Below are positions 1 through 11,879 of a stretch of 64,000 nucleotides of DNA, in pieces. Each line of letters begins with the position of its first letter. The stretch's first letter is position 1. This stretch comes from Lama glama (taxonomy: Eukaryota): assembly GCA_028534125.1 (NCBI GenBank), contig CM052817.1:71240001-71304000 (forward strand). The letters are read 5' to 3'. The notes beneath the pieces are model-generated. The model saw only the letters and a program-made list of their open reading frames with translations, was not told the origin of the DNA and did not search any database. The translations under genes were made by a program, and so were the position numbers.

Positions 1-2630
1 GGGTGGAGTACAAAGAAGAATCTTGCCTCAGAAGTGTGGAATAATTAGTCTTAGACCTAGCACTGTTCTGGTCCTACCTAAGAATGCTTAAAAGTAAGAC
101 CTAAAAGGATAAACCTGTTTTCAAGTAACTTAACTACATCTCAGAACAAAGCTCAAGAGTATTCATAGGAATACAAAAAATATCCAGCTTTGTTTTTTGA
201 ATATTTAAAAAATATTTTCTTTGTGGATACAATGTGGATTATACTTAACATCTTAAATTTATAGCAATCTAGTTTGAATTGATACCAACCTAGCTTCAAG
301 AGCATATAAAAACTCTGCTCCTGTACAGTTCCATTGCCTTTTATGTTGTTATTGTCACACAATACATCTCTATACATTGTGTGCCTATTAATTTATAATT
401 ATTTTTATATATTTATCTTTTAAATCATGTAGGAAATGAAAAGAGGAGTTACAAACTAAATAATAAAATAACATTGGCTTTTGTATTTATCTACGTAGTT
501 ACCTTTACTGGAGTTCTTTATTTCTTCATATGGCTTCAAGTTACTGTCCAGCGTCCTTTTGTTCAGTCTGGAAAGAACTCCCTTTCTTGTAGTATATTTC
601 TTATATACCAGATATACCAGCAACTAACTCTATATGCTTTTATTTATCTGAGAATGTCTTAATTTCTCTCATTTTTAAAAGGTAGCTTTGCTGGATATAA
701 AATTCTTGGCTGACAGTTCTTTTCTTTCAGCACTTAAAAAATGTCATTCCATTCTCTTCTGACCTCCACAGTTACAGATGAGAAAGATGCTGATAATTTT
801 ATCGAGGATCTCTTATCCATGATAAGTTGGTTTTCTCTTGCTGCTTTCAAGATTTTCTGTTTTGTTCCTCGGCTTTTAACAATTTCATTGTAATGTGCCT
901 TGGTGTGGATTTCTTTGCATTATCTTCTTGGGGACCAGTAAGCTTCCTTAGTCTGTAGATTTATTATCTTTTATTAAATTAATGAAGTGTTTGGCTATTA
1001 TTCCTTTAAACATTCTCTCTGATCCTCTCTCTCTTCTCCTGAGATTTCCATTTTCTGTATATTGGTATGCTTGATGGTGTCATATAGGTCTCTTAGGCTC
1101 TGTAAATGTTTATTCTCTTCCTGTTCCTCGGATTGGATAATTTAATTGACCAATCTTCAAGTTCACTTACTCTTCTGCCCACTCAAATCTGCTGTTAAAA
1201 CCCTCTAGTGAGGTCTTTGTTATACTTTTCAGTCTAATTCCTTTTGTAATTTCCATATCTTTAATGATACTATGTTTTCGTACATCATCCTCCTGGTTTC
1301 ATTTAGTTCTTTGAACATATTTAAGATGGTTGACTTAAAGTCTTCGGTTAAGTTTGAAGTCTGTTCTTCCTCAGGGATCAATTCTGTTAATTTCTCCTGT
1401 GAATGGGCCACATTTTCTTGTTTCATTGCATGCTTCATACCTTTTTGTTGAAGACTGGACATTTTGAATATTGTAACGTAGTAACTCTTGAAATCAAATT
1501 CTTCCTTCTCCTCAGTTTGCTTTTCATACTTTCTATAGACTGTAGCTGTTTGTTTATTAACTTTTCTAAACTGTTTTTTGTAAAATTTGGGTTTTTTTTG
1601 TCATGTGTGGACTCTGAAGTCTTGTTTCTTTACCTTGTATTCAGCTAGTGTTTAGACAAAGATTTCCTTAAACATAAAGAACCAGAGAGAGAGAGTGAGA
1701 GAAAGAGAAAGGGGAAGGGAAAGAGAGGTGAAAAAGAAAGAATGAACCAAAAAAAGAAAGAAAGAAAGGAGGGAGGGAGGGAGGGAAGAAAAAGAAAGAA
1801 AGAAGAGAAAAGAAAAGAAAAAAGAAAAGAATAAAGAAACCCCTCAAATTGAGAACAACAGAAAAACCTTTCCCAGCTTTGCAAATGGCTCTGTTCTGGG
1901 GTACTCCTTCAGTGTTTAACTTGGCCATTTACAGTTCTGCCTTCTTAGCCTTTACTTCATGCTTGTACTAAGCCTGGAGGTGTAGGCCTAGTGTCTCCTT
2001 AAGTCTTTTCTGAGTATCCTCCCTGGGAAAGTTTGTTACTTTCTAAATTCCCCAGTATACACAGGGGTTTTGAATGTCCTTATTTCCCATAGAAACTCTC
2101 TCCCTAACTTTTCCTCCGAAGCTTTGGCACTCTGTTTCATGTCTCAACTGTAATCTTTTGTCCCAGGTGGCTGTGGGTTGTTTGTTTGCTTGCCTTACAG
2201 TGTTTTTGAGGAACACCTGCTGGCTTTCCACTCTGAGTGAGTTCCCAGTTAGATGAAACAAAGATAAGTACATTGCGCCAGTCTTTGAAGTAGTCCCCAG
2301 GCAGTTAGAACAAACACAATCGTTGTTTTATGAAGTCTGCTCTGCTCTTTCTTGAGCTAGGGACTCCACACTAGGACGTGGACTGCCATCTTCAAGACTG
2401 CCACTAATTTGGGAACAGGGTGGGACAAGGGCAAGTAGAAATGCCAGTTTCCTACCAGGTTTAAGTTGTCTTTTCCTTCATTTAGCATCCACTTGGGTGC
2501 TGTAGGCCTTTGACAGATAACTGGAGTTGTGACAAAGTCATTCTGACAGTTTGCTTGATTTTTCTTTTTTTTTTTTTGTGGGACGGACGAGTATTTGGAT
2601 TCGCCTGCTCTGCCGTGTTTGCTGTGTTTG
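1..2630 (-). mobile_element. Old L1 (L1M-type) 5' region: 5'UTR and degenerate ORF1, in CFI intron 1
   Basis: Minus-strand ORF 1229-1462 (MKQENVAHSQEK...DFKSTILNMFKEL) resembles the L1 ORF1 N-terminus; 2520-2630 resembles the L1M 5' end. Boundaries approximate. Confidence 0.7.
1675..1840. repeat. GA-rich low-complexity tract ((GA)n/(GGA)n/(GAAAA)n)
   Basis: Seen directly; it explains the F/L/S-rich minus-strand ORFs. Confidence 0.95.
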
Positions 2631-4289
2631 CCGTGTTTGCTGTGCCTGCATTGCGTATTGCCTCCTGTGCATCTTCTCTTTCCAGCAACTGATCACTGCA
2701 CTGAACATCACCCCCGTTCTTTCTCTCCAAAATACTACCCATATAAACCGAGGTTTGTAATATGCTTTCAGGGTAAAATAAAAATTTAAGGTTTCAGTGA
2801 TTATGTCACAGCACAGTACTATCACAGTAGGTAACCACATTGACTGAAATACTTGGCTTTCCTGTTCCTTAATGTCCCTTGGTTATTGATACAGCAGCCA
2901 GCCCCTGTGTGGTCTGAATTTCTCTCCCATCCTTTCCTGAGTCTCCTTACCTCTTTCTCCAGGCAGGTTCAGTAAAACCAAAATTCTCATTTCACTATTG
3001 AGAACAACGTTAAGGTCTATCCCCCGCTGCCCACCCCATCATTGACATAATCCATCTCCAAATTAGTCCATCAGAATGTTTTGATATAAAAAAGGAGCTG
3101 GGCTTTTTATTCTCTACAAGAAAATCTGCTCCCTTATTTCAAAAGAACAAAAATTTCTCCCAGCTGTACATGTTTTATTTCATATTGAAAATGTAGATAC
3201 ATTATAAAACTTCTTTGAACACATTTATGTTTTCTCTATGGTACCTCCATTTAAAAATGATTACTTCTCAGCAGGTGGGATAAAAAAAAACACTCCATTA
3301 TCTTTTATAAACTAATATTTTAGGAAGTTCTGAAATTTTCACAAATATGATATTAACTCTTCTCAAAATGCTCTTTCTTGAAGGAATGAAGACAACTTAT
3401 TGTTAGATGATTGGTCAGTAAAAGAAAGCTCTTTTCCTTAGTGTAAGTAGAAACTATTATTTTCAGTTTTGTTTTTTATTTTTTCCAGGGATCCAAAATG
3501 TGACCGAAATACCTTTTTTTCTGAAAAACCAAATGTTTCTTATTATAATGTAACACACATTTATTTGGTATTTAAAGAAGAAAAATGAAGAATGAATAAA
3601 GCAAAATTTCTGAAATCTGAAAATTCATTAATACATAAAACAAAATAAAAATAACCAGTAATCCCATCACTCAGAGATACCAACTATTATCTATTTGATA
3701 TATACTCTTTAAGAACTTTTAAACTGCCATTTACGTAAGGAGTCGTATGTGTGAGTGTGTATGTGTGTGTGTATTTTTCTCTTTAACAAAAATAAGATTT
3801 TAGTGAGGGCTTCTTTATTTCAATAAATATAAAAGTACCATTTTAATAGCTACATGATATTTCATTTATGGACATAAAATAATTCAGTTTTCTATCAATG
3901 AGCACTTACTTTATTTCTATTTGTTCTACACTATCAACATTGCATATATATTTTATAAGTTATAAGAAACAAAGTATGTAATTCTGATTTCTTAGTTTTC
4001 TTTAAATATTTGTTGCCATAAACGGGCCCTAAAACAAAACAATTTTGGAATTGTTTCAAAATGTTATGACCACAAAAGTAGGCAATCAATAAGTATCTAA
4101 AATGTCTTAAACATTGCTAAACTTCACAGACCACCTTCCAGACTGGCTATGATCTGTCAGTCTGTCAAGGTTTTAACTCCTTGAGTTGCCTACAGTCTCC
4201 ACTCTGATCAAATGGATTCATTCATCTGGAGGAGCCTAGTGCTTTGGGATCTTTCTACCATAGCACTTGCTGCTTTTCCAGGCTGAAAA

Positions 4290-4650
4290 TCACTTCCTCT
4301 CTCTCTCCACTGATCAAATTTAATCCAGAACCGTAGGTCTAGCTCAGATCTCACCCAGTCCATAAACTCTCCTGACCTCCTAGCAGGAAGGGATTTTTCC
4401 TCTCATTAAAGTCTCTTGGCAGATGATATTTGTACCATTTCTGGGGTAATTAAATACATACTGTCTGGTAACAGTTCTTTCTCTTGTGTTTCAAATGTTA
4501 TTTAAATCTTGCTTAGTAGTTCCTCACTGGCATATTTCTATCATCCTTCTACAACTGTACCAAAAAGCTACTGAGGGAAGGGATCGGTCTTGCTATTTGC
4601 CCAGCACTGTACCTTGCACATTGACAGAGCTTGATAAATGTTTATTGATT
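4290..4650 (+). mobile_element. L2 3' end remnant
   Basis: Ends gcccagcactgtaccttgcacattgacagagcttgataaatgtttattga, like the L2 3' terminus. Confidence 0.55.
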
Positions 4651-4919
4651 TAACATTTACTGTAAATTATGGATCTATATTAATAAAATTCTCATTCAGC
4701 TCGATTGCTATGCACAAATAAGAGCATATGAAAAAAGCAGTTCCTTAAAGATCTTTCATCAAGATATTAACATAAAATCTTTGTTACACTAGATACTGTC
4801 ATTGTCAGCAACTGAACTATGTAATCTTTAAGTCAAAATGATATCCTTAAGATTTTTTTCTGTATTTTGATTTATTTAAAATACCTTAAAATAGTTTGCA
4901 CAAGTATTGAATTACTTAC

Positions 4920-4976
4920 CTTGCCAAAACTTAAGGAGAAGCACACAAGTAACAGAGTAATATGAGCCAGCTTCAT
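4920..4976 (-). CDS. CFI: Complement factor I, coding exon 1 (signal peptide MKLAHITLLLVCFSLSFGK); gene continues beyond the window start
   Basis: Reverse complement reads ctccaac ATG AAG CTG GCT CAT ... GGC AAG|gtaagt: 57 nt, phase 0, hydrophobic leader like mammalian CFI (MKLLHVFLLFLCFHLRFCK). Divergent position next to GAR1 fits known synteny. Not in the ORF track. Confidence 0.92.
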
Positions 4977-5300
4977 GTTGGAGACAGTCAGGGTCTGTGT
5001 CTCTACTGTGAACTCTTCTGCAATCCAGATATTCTTTTGAAATTTAATTTTTAACCTCTGAAAAAATATTTAAAAAGAGCAAGCCTCCTCAAGAGCTTTG
5101 TACTTTTGAACTCGTGGAGAATTTGGCTGACATCCAGAGTTTTACCGTAACTGAAACCAAAAATGGCCTCAGTAAATAGCTGAGGGAGGCAAGCAACAGA
5201 GACTGCGTTTCCTGAAGAGGAAGCTGATGCCCCACATTGTACTGAACAATGCCTCATTTGTTTTCTGGAGAAGACAGAGCCCACTGGAAGTTTCTTATGT
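4977..5300 (-). promoter_or_regulatory. CFI: CFI 5'UTR and proximal promoter with HNF1-like, HNF4-like and GAS/IRF-like motifs
   Basis: Minus strand GGTTAAAAATTAAA (5043-5056, HNF1-like) and AGTTCAAAAGTACAAAGCTCT (5092-5112, DR1/CAAAG HNF4-like); plus strand TTACCGTAA-CTGAAACC (5142-5158). Confidence 0.6.
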
Positions 5301-5469
5301 TTTGGTAAAAAAGAATTACATTTTTCTTTAATGATGAAGACTAGAAGATGGTAAGAAAAGTCTATCATATTGAAGATTGAGCTAAATCCATTAACAATCC
5401 TCAACAAATCGGTTGCTTTATCATTCATAGATTTTGCTGTGATCAAATTATTTTCTTTAAACAGAAACA

Positions 5470-5609
5470 CTAAGAATATGAAAATGAATATATGTATATA
5501 TATGCATGACTGGGACATTGTGCTGTACAGCAGAAATTGACCACATTGTAACTGATTGTACTTCAATTTAAAAAAAAAAAGAAAAAAAACCCCAAACCCC
5601 CAAAAAACC
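5470..5609 (+). mobile_element. Very short 5'-truncated young L1 3' tail with A-rich end
   Basis: gcatgactgggacattgtgctgtacagcagaaattgac...tacttcaatttaaaaaaa matches the reverse complement of the L1 3' end at 60400-60480; flanked by cagaaaca direct repeats (5462-5469, 5610-5617). Confidence 0.8.
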
Positions 5610-5618
5610 CAGAAACAG

Positions 5619-6000
5619 TGTCAGTTTGGATTCTCCTGAAGCACATGTAAGACAGAGTTTGGGGTGGGAGATAGTTTTATCAGGAATCAACTCCTGGGAA
5701 AGGAGGGGAGAAGCAGCAGGAGTGAGCAGAAAGAGAAATCAGACTGCAGTGCAGGTCCGAAGCCTTGGCCAGCTCGTGGGGTGCTCTGCAGTGAGTGTGG
5801 CCTGTCACAGTATCCCTGGGGAGGCAGAAATGGCTGGATCCTGCCCGCCTTGCTCAGTTACCTGGTGAGGGTGGCCCAGGAAAGGCATGCCCTTAGGTGA
5901 GGTAAGTCTCTGTAGCTGAGGCAGACCCTGAAGGATCTGACAGAAGGAAGTGTCTGCTGACCATATTCGTCACAGCCAGGCTGCCAGAACTTCCTTGGAG
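5619..6000 (-). mobile_element. ERVL LTR (LTR16-like), 3' LTR of the adjacent provirus remnant
   Basis: Reverse complement ends ...ccaaactctgtcttacatgtgcttcaggagaatccaaactgaCA, like the LTR16 terminus. Inner boundary approximate. Confidence 0.65.
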
Positions 6001-8740
6001 GGGGCTCTGGGAAATTCATCTCCATGTCTTTCAGTACCTTTTAGACCGACTTTCCATATAGGCTTCAAGGTGGCTCCTTCACAACCGCAGTAGGCCTCTC
6101 TTCCTGAGAGGTAATTTAGGAGAGAGAGGTTGCAGGCGGTGGGTGGGTGGGGGACTGTGGCCTCGCCCTTGCGATGGAGCTTGGGGCTGCAGTTGATACT
6201 CATCCTCTGCCTCCTTCCTGTCCGTTCTAGATTCCCTTCACCCTGAGCTTCCACCTCTGCTGGCCTTGGTGGCTGACCTGGTGGCATGACTCTTCCAGGA
6301 GTGATCTGAGCCCCAGGTTACCACAGTTGCTATTTCTATCCCTTTACCATCACAAGAGGCACCGGACTAGCTCACATGGCTCCACACACATTCCTCCCTG
6401 CCCTCATTGTTTAACAGCAGCCCTACTTCCTCTGAATTATCCGAGTCAGCTATTCCTATCAAGGTAGGGGGCACTCCTCTTCTTCCCTACTGGTCCCTAG
6501 ACACAAGCAGCTCAGCACGACAACGCACAAGGCAGAAGGCTGAGCTTACAATTCAGTGGGATTCCTGCTGTGTCCCAGGACAAAAGGGAGCTTCCTTTGG
6601 AGAACAGACCTCTAGCCTTGCAAAGTATGCAGTTGTGGGGACAGGGAGCACAAGGCCTCCAGTTGGTCATTGGAAGTGATGGTAAGTGTGGTCATTCCTG
6701 CTTCTGTTCCTTTGCTCCCAGACCTGTGTCTTCTCTCCATTGGGGATACAGTGCTTTATGAAGGTCCTTTGAGTCAGTGCATATACTGCTTCCTGGAGGA
6801 TAGCACTGTCTTCACAGAGTATTGCCTTAAGTACACCCCAGCTCAGTAATCAGCAAGTTGCTCCAATGCTTCATGAGGCTGCCAGCTTCTGAGCGGTGCA
6901 GTATGTGATACAACCAGTGGACTGCATGGTCAGAGGCCCACTCTCACATCTCCTCTGCTATAAAGTGGGTCCCCTTGTCTGTCAAGATGTTATATGGAAT
7001 CCTTTGTTGGAGGATTAAATACTCTGTAATCCTTTGGCTTATGATCCTGAGGCCCTGCAGGCTGGAAAGGGACACCCTCACCTGTAATATATGTCTATTC
7101 CTGTGAGAATGTACCACTGGGTCTTTTAAGATTGAAGAAACTGACTGTGATAATTTACCAAGTGGCTAGTTGGTATCCTTGATGAGTTGTACCATCTTGG
7201 GGGCTCTGCATTGGTCTCTGTTGCTGTTAGACTGGACATTTGTTGATGTTAGTAGCTAAATAAACCTTTGGGGTCTGTGTTGTTGGCTTCCTGGGTAGCT
7301 TCCATCCCTGCTACCACGGCCACTTTATGCTGGTGGCCATCATGCTAGTACTGGGGTTGCTGATGACTGAGGTTGGCTGATATTAACTGGCTGAGTCATT
7401 CTGTTGGTTACTTAGTGACTTTTCTCTGGTGGCTATTCGCTGGTGGGTGTTAACAGGGGATACAAAGAGTTTTACACTTCACCCCCTTCTATATGTACAT
7501 CCACATATCCCTACACTAGACCTTCCTGATCCTAATGTTTGAATATTTTTCATTCTAGGAAAAAAGATGATCAATCACTATTGCTGTGATTCCATATATA
7601 GTCTAACCTTGGGCCACTTATTTTTTCACACAAAAAAGCGGATGGCCAGGTGTACTACCTGAAGCTACGTCCATTGGGAGGACTTCCCTTCACCACTATC
7701 TTTCAAAAACCATTACTAAGTGTGGTTGTAATGCAGCTGCTATTTTGGGGTTGCAACTACACACTGAGCCAACCCAACTGTAAACCAAACACAAACTTTT
7801 CCCTCCTCCTTCAGCTGGTCATACCAGATTTCCCATAGAGCCATAGGTGTGAGCTAATGGAGGGACAGAGGTGCAACAGTTTGGATTTGGGGGAAAGGGG
7901 GAATTTGGGCTACCTGATCATGTACTTTGCTTGTGTCATTTGGTCCTGTTTGTATTTGGTTTCAGATGTAACACTTTGATCTTACGTTTTTTTCTAGACC
8001 TTACTCAAACTTGTGCTAATAGGACCCAGCTCATAATGGGCATTTCTGCCACATGGTAACACAGTATCGTGTTCAGTTAGTCTACATTTACCAGGGTCCA
8101 GGAGTGCATAAGTTGTTTCTCAAAAAGAAAATAATTCTCTGCTGCAGATGGCATGGCCTTTTCCAGAAACCCAGTGTCCTGAATTGTAGTTCTCCCACTG
8201 GGTCTTCCTCAAATACTCTGCAATGTTATTTCCCACCACCAATACCCCTAATACCGTAGGGTTTGCTGGATTACTGCAGAACTCTTTCCTGCTCTGGTAG
8301 CCAAAGCAGTATTCTTCTGTATGAAATATTTGCCCCCAAATCAACTATTCCCTCAAGGGAATATCCCCAAAAGGCTCACTAAGTTTCATGCTTCCTTCTT
8401 TGTGAAATGAAATACAATACAAAATAATTTGGTTTTTACTTCAGAGAAGGTGTTCTGGAAGGTTTGAGAACTGGTTTCCTAAAATTTTACTATGTGCTAG
8501 GATTTCTCTCCTGCTCTCTGTGTCTTATTCAGCATACTAGCTGCCACTTGCTTATCTGCTCTGATTGAGGTAATGCTATCAGTGTAATAAAACAGTGTAG
8601 TTTTACAGGAAGTCCAGATGATAGCCAGATCTCTTCAGACTTTATTATGACACAGGTTGGGAGAAAAGAGCTGTGAAAAAACTATAAATGTTATACTGTT
8701 GTTCATCCCATGTGAATGGAAACTGTTTCTGATATTCTTT
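6001..8740 (-). mobile_element. ERVL internal region remnant (degenerate pol)
   Basis: Minus strand near 8695-8732 translates QKQFPFTWDEQQY, matching the ERVL reverse transcriptase motif QKQFAFTWxGQQY; contiguous with the LTR; no long open frame. Confidence 0.75.
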
Positions 8741-8799
8741 TCTACTTAAAATACTTACAGTGGTTTTGGTTTTTCTGATCAAATTATTATTGATATACT

Positions 8800-11330
8800 T
8801 TATAGTACTGCTAAAACTAGAATCAAGGTTCTTATCTCTAAAAGGAATTTAATTGAAACAAATATTAAACTTTAGGTAGGTGTTAGAATTTCTAAGCTTA
8901 GAAAAAATAGAAAAAAACAAAAAGAAAAGAATTTATATATCCAAATTATATTAAAATTTTTATAACAAAAAAGCACTGAAAAAAATGAACATACATGTAA
9001 CTCAGGATACTATTAAAAACAATTAAAAAATTAAAAATGATATAAAGAAAATAGTAAAGACATAAGCAATAGTAAATAAATCAGAAAGTCAAATAGTAGA
9101 TTTGATTAAAAAATGAGTCATTTTGAGAAATAATTTTAAAAAGAGAGAGTAAAACAATTTTAAAGGAAAGCTATTGAAGTGGACATTCTTAGGGGCTGCC
9201 AACATCCATGATCTTTATAATAGGTTCTCAATTTTCTGTGTGGAATTATCTTTCTTCTGTGAGTTGTTTTGGTGGGAGAGCCATCTGCTTTCCAAGTGGC
9301 AGTTGAGAAATCCATATCTAGCCTCTTTCCATTCCCTTTTATAGCCCAGGGACTGATCAAAGAGTCTCCCTCTCTGGTGTTTCAGTCAAAAGAAACAGTT
9401 GTGAATTATTTATTGCAGCAGGAGCAATTTATCAGTCAGACATTTTCAGCTATAAGATAAGCTTCCTTTGATTCCTTTTGGCTTGGTTAAGTACCATTAA
9501 TTCTTAAGCCTATATGCTTAGCCTCCTTCTGTACTGTGAACATCTAATAATTTCCAAATTAATTTTCTTTTACTAAAGTTAGCTACAGTAGGTTTCGTGG
9601 GTTGTCACTCAGAACCTTAAATGATAGTATCATGTGCAATTTATCAAATAATCTGAAGAGCTAGAAGAAAATTTCAAGGAAAACAGAATTATCAGAGAGA
9701 AAGAGAAAGTTCAAATAAATTAATAGCTAAGAAGAAACAGAAAAGTTAGATTTTAAACTTCCAAAGATACTAAGTTTTACTGTTTTAAGAAAGATCATTC
9801 CTCAGTTGTTTAAACTTTTCCAGAATACAGAAAAAGATAAAAAGCTCTCCAACTTATTAGCAATATAATCTGATACACTTATCCAAAACTGAGTGAGCCT
9901 CTGAAAGAAATATATAAGCTAATCTTAATAATAATTATTATTAATTAATATATTATTAATATACATGCAATAACCCTAAATAAAATATTAGCAAACCATA
10001 TGTCATAAACTACAATATAGTAAAAGAATAACATATCATGATTAAGTGGGGACCATTTCAGAAATACAGGGGTGTTCAACATTAGGATATCTATTAATGT
10101 AATTCAGTATATTAAAATCTTTAATTATTTAAAATAATAGATTAAATAAGAGAATCTGTATATGGAAAAGGCATTTGATGAGTTGAATGCCAATTCCTAA
10201 TTTTTAAAAAATGAACAGTCTAAGTAAAGAACAAATATCATTAACCTGATAAAGGGTAGAAACCAACAGTAAACACCACATACGACGCTGAAACACTAGA
10301 GCCAAACCTATTGGACTCTGGAATAAAACCAAGGATGCCATATTTCAATACTGTTGTTATTATTGGAAGCAATAAACATGAAACATTTATAAATATTGAA
10401 GTAGAAGAGACAAAACTGCCATTATTTGCAGGTGAAATGATCGTCTACTTGGATAACTGAAAAACCATTAGCCCTAATGTCAAAGTTTATTAAAGTGATT
10501 GGATACAAAATCAATATAAGGAAATGACTTTCCTATTTGTCAGTACTTAACAAAAAGAAAGTGTAATGGATGGGTCACAATGCCTGACATTCTATATAGT
10601 TTCTATCTCTTCCCTCAGAATTTCAGTGAAAATAAATATAAAAATAATTCCATTGCATCATCAAAAAATAAAGAGGGATTCTACCAACAGGATACAAACA
10701 GTGAAGATTTACTGGAATACAGACAATAGAGAGGAAGAGATTAACTGCGAAACTTAAAGGAGTTTTAAGAAATGTTAAACTGATATAGGTGACAATAAAC
10801 ATATCCAGAATAAGGGAGACAACAAAATAAAGACAGTGCAATATGATAGAAGTGATAGACTAGGTGATCAATTAAATAAAGGCCAAAACAATTCAGCCAG
10901 CATTCCATTCTTGGGGAAACTTACTTTAGCGTGTACTCCAGGATAAAGTCTACAGAAGGCTCCCTGCAGCGCATGTACTAACCCAGTGACCCTGGAGTGG
11001 ACACTAGGGCAGGAGAGGCAGAGAACCATTCTAGGCACATACAACTTCACAAGGTTCAGGCAATCTCTGCACTTAAAAAACAAGCCATAAGCAAGCTCCC
11101 TAGGCTTCACATCCCACCCCACCTTCTCCTACACAGTCATCCACACAGGGCTCTGCAGTCAGAATCAACACAATCAGTATGTACTGCACAATAAAAAGAA
11201 AAATAAAGACCAATCTCATTTATGATTATAGGTGCAAAAACCCTAAACGGAACATGAGCAAACTGATATGAACAAAATCTTAAATGGGATTCAACAGTCT
11301 ATTTAATAATAACATTAACATGTATTTGAC
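8800..11330 (+). mobile_element. Fragmented ancient L1 ORF2
   Basis: 10035-10086 resembles the HDQVGFIPGMQGWFNI-coding segment; 10412-10452 resembles KLSLFADDMIVYL; A-rich composition. Confidence 0.7.
9185..9628 (+). mobile_element. MaLR/ERVL-type LTR remnant inserted in the L1
   Basis: 3' end aaagttagctacagtaggtttcgtgggttgtcactcagaaccttaaatgata resembles the MLT1-class terminus. Confidence 0.45.
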
Positions 11331-11362
11331 AAATTTTTATACACACACATACATATGTACAT

Positions 11363-11876
11363 TGAGGTGGGAAGCCCCATGAAAAAGATGGCAGGACCCC
11401 CAGGCAGGGCCACTACCCTCCTGCAAGCACTGTTCGGTTCCCTGGCCCTGAGGCAGTATCTCACTTTTTAAACTCTGAAATGGCTTACTTCTAGGAAAGC
11501 GGAACTTATCCCTAAGATTCTGTTGGTTCCCTGAGCTAACTCCTGATTGGTCCATTTCCCTCACTCCTGACTGGTCCATTTCCCTCACTCGTAATTGGTC
11601 CATTTCTACAAAGCTTGTTCCTAATTAGTCACCTTTGTTATACCTTATTTGCATATGATGTTACAAAATGTTGCAAAATCTACACTGGTAGCCAATAAAA
11701 GCCTGTGCAAACCTACAGATGGGGTCCAGAGCTTGGAGTGTTAACTCCTCTGGGCCTGCCGGTGTAATAAACCTGAGTTCTCCAACTCTCCAAGTGCTGC
11801 TTGGTCTCTCGCCCGGATCCAGGTTGCTGTCGCAACTGAGCTGTAACACTGAGCTGTAACACACTTTGCTGCAACA
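11363..11876 (+). mobile_element. Solo ERV1-type LTR (about 514 bp)
   Basis: TG...CA termini; three 24-bp repeats with (A/C)TTGG cores; ATTTGCAT octamer; CCAATAAAA TATA-like box; AATAAA at 11766; duplicated ctgagctgtaaca in U5; flanks acat/cata (imperfect TSD). Confidence 0.8.
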
Positions 11877-11879
11877 CAT

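Noticed and set aside
2510..2692. SCDKV peptide resembling CFI exon 2 (LSCDKVFCQPW)
   Set aside because: Wrong strand for CFI, similarity ends after five residues, and it lies in the L1 5' end.
2945..3530. Possible extra CFI mini-exons on the minus strand (44-nt candidate near 2951-2994; 8-nt candidate 3513-3520)
   Set aside because: The first opens with an in-frame TGA, the second breaks frame; no homology support.
5051..5566. 171-aa minus-strand ORF upstream of CFI
   Set aside because: Non-ATG start inside an L1 tail, crosses promoter DNA, no recognisable domain.
11540..11610. Regularly spaced 24-bp repeats as a CRISPR-like array
   Set aside because: Head-to-tail with no spacers, inside a retroviral LTR in a mammalian genome.
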